From the NCBI GenBank assembly GCA_951406725.2, contig OX597834.1:42904001-42968000 (forward strand): a stretch of 64,000 nucleotides of DNA, read 5' to 3'. The stretch is from Octopus vulgaris (Eukaryota). The position numbers and the translations under genes were made by a program. Below the pieces are notes generated by a model. The model searched no databases. It was not told the origin of the DNA and saw only the letters and a list, made by a program, of their open reading frames with translations. Positions 54,619 through 64,000 of the stretch are shown here, in pieces (position 1 is the stretch's first letter; each line of letters opens with the position of its first letter).

Positions 54619-54837
54619 CAGTGCTTTTCAAACTTTTTGCTGGAGCGGAACACCAAGGAAACATTCCATTGGCTCGAGGAACCCCTGTGCAATAATTTAA
54701 TAGTCTTATGCACACATATCTGCACAGGAGAATTAAAAATTACTGCCGATTTTAGCAGTTTTATAACTTCTTGCGGAACCTCTGGACTGTACTGGCGGGA
54801 CCCTAAGATTCCGTGGAACCCTGGTTGAAAACCACTG
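54619..54837. mobile_element. hAT (Charlie/Buster-type) MITE with perfect 8-bp TSD
   Basis: Termini CAGTGCTTTTCAA ... TTGAAAACCACTG; TSD GTCTATAT at 54611-54618 and 54838-54845. Confidence 0.9.
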
Positions 54838-54960
54838 GTCTATATGTACACGTTTATATACATAATAATGCATGTATGTGTGCATGTATGTATTATGTAT
54901 GTTACGACGGTTTGTATACGAATACGTCTCTATCAGCAATTAATATTTATGTACGAGTAA

Positions 54961-55545
54961 GGCGGCGAGCTGGCAGAAGCGTTAGCACGCTGGCTGAAAT
55001 GCTTAGTGGTATTTCGTCTCCCGCTGCGTTCTGAGTTCAAATTCCGTGAGGTCGACTTTGCCTTTCATCCTTTCGGGGTCGATAAATTAAGTACCAGTTA
55101 CGCACTGGAGTCGATGTAATCGACTTAATTCGTTTGTCTGTCCTTGTTTGTTCCCTCTGTGTTTAGCCCCTTGTGGGTAGTTAAGAAATAGGTATTTCGT
55201 CTGTCTTTACGTTCTGAGTTCAAATTCCGCCGAGGTCGACTTTGCCTTTCATCCTTTCGAGGTCGATAAATTAAGAACCAGTTACGCACTGTGGTCGATG
55301 TAATCGACTTAATTCGTTTGTCTGTCCTTGTTCAACCTCTCTGTTTTTAGCCCCTTGTGGGTAGTAAAGAAATATGTATTTCGTCTGTCTTTACGTTCTG
55401 AGTTCATATTCTGCCGAGGTCGACTTTACTTTTCATCCTTTCGGAATCGATAAATTAAGTACCAGACACGTACTGAGGTCTATCTAAACGACTGGCACCC
55501 TCGTCCTTCAAAATTTCGGGGTTTGTGCTTGAGTACAAAAAGAAT
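54961..55545 (+). mobile_element. SINE family B trimer (head+tail1, headless+tail1, headless+tail2)
   Basis: Junctions GAAATAGGTATTTCGTCTGTCTTTACG at ~55185 and GAAATATGTATTTCGTCTGTCTTTACG at ~55369. Confidence 0.92.
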
Positions 55546-55919
55546 TTTATACAGCTAAATCTACACAAGAGAATGCGTGAAAAACAAAATGGGAATTTTG
55601 AAAGAATTTTCTGTAAAACATCGAATGGCTATGGGTGTCCACTAGAAAAATGTAGTAAACAAATGGGTCCATAGATGAAGAAAAAAAGGGCTGAGGGCCC
55701 ATGAATTAAAGAGTAATGAAAGAAGAATGAGGGAGGGAAAATATGTGAGAGAGTGCATTGAGAAAAGAAATTGCTTCGCGAAGGAGAGAATGTACGAAGC
55801 ATTTGGGAAGAAGTGAATGAATGAATTTCAATCAGTGATGTCAATAGATTTAACGAGTTTATGAAATGAAATTGAAGGAGCGGCTGAAGAAGAATTTAAC
55901 GAAGTGGCATTCAATAAGG

Positions 55920-56406
55920 AGCCAAGGAAAAAAAAGAGAAAGAGAGAGGAGGGGGAAGGGTGAGGCGGTGAGTGTGTGTGAGAGAGTGAAAGAGTGAGAG
56001 GTAGTGTGAGAAGAAGAGAGAAAGAGGTGGAAAAAGAAGTGGAGAGGAACATCGGATATGGAGGATGAAGGAGAAAAGGAAGAGAGCGATTGAGGTTGAG
56101 CAAGACTAAAGGATAGTGAAATGGGGTGAGAGAGAGGGAGGGGAAGAGAGAAAGGGGAGAAAGAGAGGAAGGAGAAGAGGGAGGGAGAGAGAAATGGAAG
56201 AGGGAGAGAAAGGAGAAGACAGAGGGAGAGAGAGAAAGGGGAGAAAGAGAGGAAGGAGAAGAGGGGTAAAGAGAGAAATGGAAAGAGAGAAAGAGAGACA
56301 AAAACGACAGAAAGCCGGAGAACCAGAAAGACAAGAAATAGAGAGACAGAGTGACAGAGAGAAAAGAGAGAGAGAAAGAAGAGAGAGTGAGAGAGAAAGA
56401 AGATAG

Positions 56407-56459
<53 letters not shown>

Positions 56460-56577
56460 CAAACAGAATTAGAGGGAAAGCTTATGTTTCAGTGGCAGAG
56501 AGAAAATTAGAAAATGAGAGAGGCAAAACGAGAGAGAGATAGAGAGAGAGAGGAAGATATAGAAAGACAGAGAGAAC

Positions 56578-56620
<43 letters not shown>

Positions 56621-56862
56621 AAAACGAGAGAGAGAGAGTAGCAGAGACAGAGGAACGTATAGAAAGACGGAGAGAACAGTAGGGAGATAGAGAGACAGAG
56701 AGAGGCAAAACAGAGAGAGGCAGAGAGAGCGAGGGAAACATAGAAAGACAGGGAGAACAGTAGAAAGAGATAGGGAGATAGAGAGTGACGAAACAAGAGA
56801 GAGAGAGAGAGCGAGAGCGAGAGAGAGAGGGAAGGGGAGAGAGAAAGGCAGAGAGTGGAGGA
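55920..56862. repeat. ~0.9-kb polypurine (GA-rich) tract
   Basis: Nearly pure A/G on the + strand with (GA)n runs and an internal duplication of GAGAAAGGGGAGAAAGAGAGGAAGGAGAAGAGGGG. Confidence 0.92.
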
Positions 56863-57042
56863 GAACCGATTGTATTACTGTACATAGAGAGTAAGCAAAG
56901 CGTGAGTGAGTGCAGACGCTCGGCTGTGTCTGTGTGTTCGCCCGGGACATAACGCAGATTCGGTAAATTGTCAGACGATAATAAAAAGAGAGCCAGAATT
57001 GTGTCTGTGTGTGCCTGCGAATAGAAATACGCATGCGGTCCG

Positions 57043-57096
<54 letters not shown>

Positions 57097-57654
57097 GTGC
57101 ATTAACGTTCGAGATTTAAGAGCTTGATTGTGTGGATTATGTTTTTGCGTTGTGTCTGTGTGTCGGTTCTGAGCGCGATTTCCGTTTCGGTGTGAGTTCG
57201 CTGTTTGGCTCTCGCTGTTGGCTCAAATCCTACGCTGTGTACGTGTGTACGCGTTTAGGAGTGCGGCGTCGGCTCGTGTGTATATAGTTATATAATACGT
57301 GAGTATGCGTGTGTGCGTGTGTGCGCGTGCGTTGATCTGTGTGCGCGTGTGTGTGTGTGTTCATGTAATGCGTGTGCGCCCGTGTGTACATGTGTGTGTC
57401 TGACTGCATACATGTGTGTATGTAATGTGTGTAAGCGTGTGTACATGTGTGTTTGTGGAAGTGTGCATCTGGGTGTGCGCGCGCGAACGTGTGTATGTAA
57501 GCGAGTGTGCGCGCGCGAGCGTGTGTATGTGTGTGCATGTGTGTGTGTATGTGTGTGTGTGTATGTGTGGTTTGAACAATGGCAAAGTGTAGTAGAACAC
57601 ACTTGCTCAAGATGGTTACACATGGATAGAACTGAAACCACATGATATTATTTT

Positions 57655-58463
57655 ATACTCTAGGCACAAAACTCGAAATTTTTGAGGAGGGGACCAGTCG
57701 ATTAGATTGACCCCAGTTTGCATCAGGTACTTAATTTATCGAGCCCGAAATGATTAAAAGGCAAAGTCAACCTCAGCGGAATTTGAACTGTGCGTAAGAC
57801 AGAAGAAATACTGCTAAGCATTTCGTTCAGCGTGCTAACGTTTCTTTTCTACTCTAGGCACAAGACCCGATATTTTGGAGGAGGAGGCCTGTCGATTAGA
57901 TGGACCCCAGTGAACAACTGTTGCTTAATTTGTCGACCCCGAAAGGATGAAAAGGTAAAGTCGACCTCAGTGGAATATGAATTAAGAACGTAAAGGCAGC
58001 CAAAATACCGCTAAACGTTTTGCTAAACGTTTCTTGTTTCTTTATTGCCCACAGGGGGATAAACATAGAGGGGACAAATAAGGACAGACAAAGGGATTAA
58101 GTCGATCACATCGATTCCAGTACATAACTGGTACTTACTTAATCGACCCCGAAAGGATGAAAGGCAAAGTCGACCGAGGCAGAATTTGAACAGAGAACGT
58201 AAAGGCAGACGAAATACCTATTTCTATTTCTTTACTATCCACAAGGGGCTAGGGGCTAAACATAGAGGGGACAAACAAGGACAGACAAACGGATTAAGTC
58301 GATTACATCGACCCCTGTGCGTCACTGGTATTTAATTTATCGACCTCGAAAGGATGAAAAGCAAAGTCGACCTTGGCGGAATTTGAACTCAGAACGTAAC
58401 GGCAGACGAAATAACGCTAAGTATTTCGCCTTGCGTTCCAACGATTCTGACATCTCGCCGCCT
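57655..58463 (-). mobile_element. Tandem array of four SINE family B units
   Basis: Repeated AAAGTC.ACC...GAAT.TGAA cores at ~57765, ~57957, ~58167 and ~58363. Confidence 0.9.
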
Positions 58464-58771
58464 TAGCTTAAGACCATATTAAAAAGAGACAAGTGGGTGA
58501 TCTGGTACGAGCACAATCGTTTCATTCACAGATTTTATTGTTGTCTCAGCATGGCCGCAGTTCAAAGAATGAAACAAGGAAACAAAACAACAAAACAAAA
58601 GATATAAGATAAAAGATTAAATTGACTTTTTAATGATGGGACCGCGTTTTCGAGCCTAAAAGAGTGCCTGCCCTTTTGGCCTCGGTTTGTCCCGAGCCTC
58701 CTGAGTGCTGCTGGGTCGGCAGAAACGTGGAAAACTTTCATTTGCATTTGTAACTAGTATTATTTCCGTTT

Positions 58772-59011
58772 TTTATTTGTTCCAGTCATTTGATTGCGAC
58801 CCTGCCGGAGCACCACCTTGAAGGGTTTTAGTCGAACAAACCGACACTACGATTTATTTTTTAAGGTTATCAGTTTCTTTTGCCGAACCGCAAAGTTAAA
58901 GGCACGTTAACTTTTGTTAAGCGGTGATTGGAAGGACAAACACAAACACACACACACACACACACATACACACACAAATATATATATATATGTATATATA
59001 TACATACATAC

Positions 59012-59073
<62 letters not shown>

Positions 59074-59208
59074 CGGGCTTGTTTCAGTTTCCGTCTACCA
59101 AATCCACTGACAAGGCTTTGATCGGTCGGAGGGTATAATAGAAGACGCTTGCCCAATGTGCCATGCAGTGGGACTGAACCCGGAACCATGTGACTGGAAA
59201 GCAAGCTT
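58772..59208 (-). mobile_element. SINE family A, near full length
   Basis: Tail, (CA)/(TA) core, GACGGGCTTGTTTCAGTTTCCGTCTACCAAATCCACT and CAGTGGGACTGAACCCGGAACCATGTG. Confidence 0.88.
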
Positions 59209-59963
59209 ATTTATTCAAAACGTAGCCTTGTCATTTTTTTTACCTCTTAATAAGCAAAGTGGGTGTGGGTGACAGTGTTCATGGGCACTTATGATTTCAA
59301 GATTTCGGAGAGTGATACGACGAAAGGTGCAAGGTAACCTGAAACCGGAAACCTGACTCAAATGTTTGCATGAAAAGGAAATCTGCAGAAAGCAATCAAG
59401 GAGCAGGAGGAGACGGTGTGAGACTAGGTGACGGATAAATTATATGTCTAAGTACCCAAGATTATACCCGCCACCCGTCAGGCTAATTCTTCCTGAGAAT
59501 GCCGTTAAGGGTTGATGGCTTTTCGGTATACTCAGTAAGTTACTCATTTGATAAAACAGCTGAGTGCTTGCTGCCGAAAACGACGGAGAAAGCATCGTAT
59601 ATGCACATATGCGTGTATATACAATTAAGGGGTTACAAGTTCAGTTCGTACTCACTTGGTGCAGGGTTCGATCCCACTACACAGAAGCCGTGCATAAGAG
59701 TTTTACTGTATTAATTCTGTTTAAAAGGGGGCATTATTTGTTAGTTCGATATCCCATAAATAATGAAGCTCAATTCCTTATTTTAGTCACGCCAGCCATT
59801 CCTTCAGAAAAAGAAAAACACTGGGTAACTTGTTCCTCGATAGACTCTACACAACTTCTTTAAGCAAACAAGAGGGTTACGATTGGAAATCCCTTGATTA
59901 AAGGACACAAGATTAGGGATTAACATAAAAGTAAACAACACTAGCAACGACAACAGCAACAGT

Positions 59964-60270
59964 GTAGAGGCACAATGGCTCAGTGGTTAGCGCAGCGGAC
60001 TCGCGGTCGTAAGAACACGGTTTCAATTCCCGATCCGGGCATTGTGAGTGTTTATTGAGCAAAAACACATAAGCTCCACGAGGCTCTGGCGGGTGAGGGC
60101 GGTGAACCCGGCTGTACTCTTTCACCACAACTTTCTCTCACTCTTTCTTCCCACTTCTGCCACAAAGCAGAGGAACCATGGTGTAACACACTATGGTGTG
60201 GTAAAACTTTCAGACCCTTGTTTAGATTGTGAATCCTCTGTACCCCAGGATGGTTCAGCCCTCCACCCGT
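59964..60270 (+). mobile_element. SINE family C (tail Y)
   Basis: Reverse-complement homologue of 21068-21377 along its whole length. Confidence 0.9.
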
Positions 60271-60628
60271 GATTGGAAGAAGAAGAAGACAGCAACTCTT
60301 TACCTTTCAAACCGGCCTTATTCGACCAAACTCTCCTACCTGTTTCATGCGCAAACTGGCCACTTCAGGCCGTTCACACTTACTCTATACTGTTACTCTA
60401 AAAAAAGCAATCACATCATCGAGATCTGAAAACTTCGAGATATACTTGATTAATTCAAACAATGTGAATAAATAAGCATTACATTTGACAGAGTAACTTG
60501 AATGGTAAAAGATAGAAGTAAGACAAGCCTTATATGAGTAAAATAAAGGCGGCTGGAAAACTATAAGGGTAACCGTCTTTGAGCAATAGAATTAAAATAA
60601 AAATTCCGCGCGCCCGTGTGTGTGTGTT

Positions 60629-60661
<33 letters not shown>

Positions 60662-61301
60662 TGATCATAGGAATAAATCTGATTAAATAACAGTTTTACA
60701 CAAGTCTCTAGAGGCTTACGCTCATTAGATACGTCAGTTCGGATCTGAGATGGCATTTGTATATACCCGTGTGAGTGTGCGTGTGCCTCTGTGTGTGTGT
60801 TTGTATGTTTGTCTATGACCCTTCCTTTACATGTATATGTGAGAGAGAAGGCTGTGTCTACAAAACTGGATACTGGTTTTTGAATGTATCAGTATGTTTG
60901 CTTCTAAAACATATAATACATTGACACCGAGGTAGATGAATCATATGACGTGGTGTAATATTGCGTCATTATTTATCCCTTGATAGGGGCAGCGAAGTAG
61001 CAGAATCGTTTGGAGTTATTTTTGGACAGTTGCTCAAAATGTGGTTGATATATTCCCCTCTGGCCAAATCGGGATTCATTTTGCATCATTATGCGAGTGT
61101 TTGGCGGCATCCTTGTCTTTCTTATTGATGAAGTAGTTAACAGATATGTCTTGTAGCTCAAGTGTTAAGGTGCAGCCCTCTAAGTGATTTATAATGCACC
61201 AGAGAAAGCCTCGAGATGCTACACATCATGTCAATGTCTTGGTATGTATGTTGTATGTGAGTATGTATTATATACGTATGTATGTATATATGCATGCATC
61301 C

Positions 61302-61355
<54 letters not shown>

Positions 61356-61596
61356 ATATCTATCTATCTATTTTCAAGTGGATTTGTTTGCAGATGATCT
61401 ATAGCGGATGGAGGTCTATGAAAGTGAAGGACACCACAACTGATGGTAAGACAGAATGACGCAAAAGAAACAGTTAAGTAATCCATAATTATAGCACAGA
61501 ATGTATCGATGAAGAGGAGCTGACACTTTTTAGGTGACCCACAACTCCAATAGTACCCAAGAAGCAAAAGTATCCAGTGATGAATGAAGAACTTAT

Positions 61597-61826
61597 TAAT
61601 TTCTTTATTGCCCACAGGCGGGTTAAACATAGAGGGGACAAACGAGGACAAAGGGATTAAGTCGATTACATCGACCCCAGTGCGTAAATGGTACTTATTT
61701 AATCGACCCCGAAAGGATGAAAGGCAAAGTCGACCTCGGCGGAATTTGAACTCAGAACGTAACGGCAGACGAAATAACGCTAAGTATTTCGCCTTGCGTG
61801 CCAACGATTCTGACATCTCGCCGCCT
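61597..61826 (-). mobile_element. SINE family B (tail type 1)
   Basis: TTTCTTTATTGCCCACAGG...AAAGTCGACCTCGGCGGAATTTGAACTC...CTCGCCGCC. Confidence 0.92.
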
Positions 61827-61943
61827 TAGCTTAAGACCATATTAAAAAGAGACAAGTGGGTGATCTGGTACGAGCACAATCGTTTCATTCAGAGATTTTA
61901 TTGTGAGGTAAAACAGATATAGTCTGGTATTACGTATGCGCAA

Positions 61944-62181
61944 GGCGGCGAGCTGGCAGAAACGTTTGCGCGCCGGGCGAAACGCTTAGCATTATTTCGT
62001 CTGCCGTTACGTTGTGAGTTCAAATTCCGCCGAGGTCGACTTTGCCTTTCATCCTTTCGGGGTCGATAAATTAAGTACCAGTTACCCACTGGGGTCGATG
62101 TAATCGACTTAATACCTATGTATGTCCATGTTTATCCCCTCTATGTTTAGCCCCTTGTGGGTAATAAAGAAATAGGTATTT
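61944..62181 (+). mobile_element. SINE family B with 11-bp TSD
   Basis: Full head to tail 1; TSD CGTATGCGCAA at 61933-61943 and 62182-62192. Confidence 0.92.
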
Positions 62182-63266
62182 CGTATGCGCAATATCCTTA
62201 AGATTGCGTAATATGTTATGTAACTCTCAGATCATCAGGCTTACAAATACACGGGTGAGCAGTGAGATGCTAATTAAACAACAGATCATCAACAAGTGAA
62301 ACTTCTAGACAGAATCACCAAATGTAAAGTGGGTGCGACTGCAGTCTGTTAATCATGTGGGTGGAGCGCAAAATGAGGTTGTAAATTAAAGAACTGTTTA
62401 AGGCATTTTTGTTCTAAAGATGCCATTGAACTTGGCAACCTCGCTCACAAAAGCTGATACATGCAAAATAAGCTTCTATACAGAAGACAGCAGGCACCAA
62501 GCTTGATATTTGACTCTCTCCAAATATTTTCTAAGACAGTTGCCGACGTTGTTCTAAGAACAAAAACAAAACAAAAAACAAAAACAAAAAAACCCGAAAA
62601 GAACAAAACATCTACTGTGTTATATTGTTTAGTAAATTAAGGAGTGACTTGGTGAAAAAATGCCAGCGTCACTCATTCATTTACCTAATTCATCTTGATT
62701 AAAGTGCTTCGATTAATTACTGTACGTCTGATAGAATATTAGCTTTAATTAATGGAGATCCTGGTAAATATAATTTAGGGAAAACAATTTGAGAAAAACT
62801 GCAGATTAGCGAAAGTCTTTGGCAAATTTTGGAGGAGAGGGAAGGAAAAAGGGGAAAGAATGAGAAAAGAAATAATAGTGAAAGAGAGATAGCCATAGGT
62901 AACTTCGAGCAATCATAACTTATAAATATTTAAGTAGACACAGACTAGGATAGCCAGGATAAATTAAATGTTGAACGTGGTCAGCCTTTTGACAAGTAAA
63001 TAGGAATATAAACAATTAAAATTGCATATTGGATTACTGAAAGTAGTTTAGACAATATTGTGTCAAAATAAAGATATAAATTCAGAAATTAATGTTAGTT
63101 AAATATCGTAATTTAGAGAATCAGTTATTTAGCTGTAGGGACTCTTTGAAAGTCTACAAATAACGGAGAAGGCAAAACAGGACCGATATTCCCGATGAAA
63201 GTAAAACGAAAAACCATGAATTCCAAAGTTTATATCAACCAATATTCTCATAATATTATTTAGAAT

Positions 63267-63500
63267 GTGGAGGCGCGTGGCTTAGTGGTTAGGGTGTCAG
63301 CACCATGATTGTGAGATTGTGGTTTCGATACATGGACCTGGCGACGCGATGGGTTCTTGAGCAAAACAATTCATTTCACGTTGCTCCAGTCCTACTGCGT
63401 GGCACCTTGGGCAAGTGTCTTCTACTATAGCCTTGGGCTGACCAAAGCCTTGTGAGTGGATTTGGTAGACGGAAACTGAAAGAAGCCCGTTGTATATATG

Positions 63501-63561
<61 letters not shown>

Positions 63562-63812
63562 TGTGTGTGTATGTGTGTGTGTGTGTGTATGTGTGCATGT
63601 GTATGTTTGTGTGTCTGTGTTTGTCCCCCAACATCGCTTGACAACCGATGCTGGTGTGTCTACGTCCCCGTAACTTAGCGGTTCCTCAAAAGAGACCAAT
63701 AGAATAAGTACTAGGCTTACAAAGAATAAGTCCTGTTGTCAATTTGCTCGATTAATGGCGGTGCTCCAGCATGGCCGCAGTCAAATGACTGAAACAAATA
63801 AAAGAGTAAAAT
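63267..63812 (+). mobile_element. Chimeric SINE: family D head joined to family A body and tail
   Basis: GGAGGCGCGTGGCTTAGTGGTTAGGGTGTCAG...CACGTTGCTCCAGTC switches at ~63390 to CTACTGCGTGGCACCTTGGGCAAG. Confidence 0.88.
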
Positions 63813-64000
63813 AATGTATCACTTGATTTCTATATATGGCAAGCCGGAATGAACCACTGCTCCGTCTAGCGGACAAGTTTCCAGCATAGGGGATGACAAC
63901 AAACAAGTGAAAACCGTAGGTCTGGTGGTCTCGTCGCGTCAAGATGGTAGGTGTTCACGCCTTTGCTTGCAACATACATCGGATGGAGAATGTATCGAAT

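Noticed and set aside
54961-55545. CRISPR-like regular repeats
   Set aside because: Units are ~185-bp SINE copies with no unique spacers, no cas genes, and the context is eukaryotic.
60168-60245. HDV-like ribozyme (GCAGAGG pairing with CCTCTGT) in SINE tail Y
   Set aside because: No GG for P1.1 after the P1 3' strand and no recognisable P2/P3 nesting.

Overview
AT-rich, extremely microsatellite-dense eukaryotic DNA with no supportable host protein-coding exon, tRNA/rRNA gene or CRISPR array. The repeat families and the (TA)n/(GATA)n/(CAT)n load look like a coleoid cephalopod (Octopus-type) intergenic or intronic region; this is an inference, no search was run. Almost all ORFs in the track are translations of simple repeats or SINEs. 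Supported content: (1) about 30 tRNA-derived SINE copies from at least four head types that swap 3' modules, including head-to-tail multimers; (2) fossil retrotransposon coding pieces (R4/Dong-type restriction-like endonuclease with two nested insertions, an RTE 3' end, a CR1-group 3' end, a possible Penelope GIY-YIG end); (3) an internally deleted mariner, a mariner-type MITE and a hAT MITE with a perfect 8-bp TSD; (4) the most interesting signal, at least eight minimal type-I hammerhead ribozyme motifs from several unrelated short elements sitting in or beside (TA)n tracts. Two of these elements are long palindromes carrying a ribozyme on each strand. Several motifs have atypical features: a CCGANGA core, A-A or U-U at the base of stem II, or 59-117 nt hairpin extensions of stem II. 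They fit Penelope-like pseudo-LTR relics; activity is untested.
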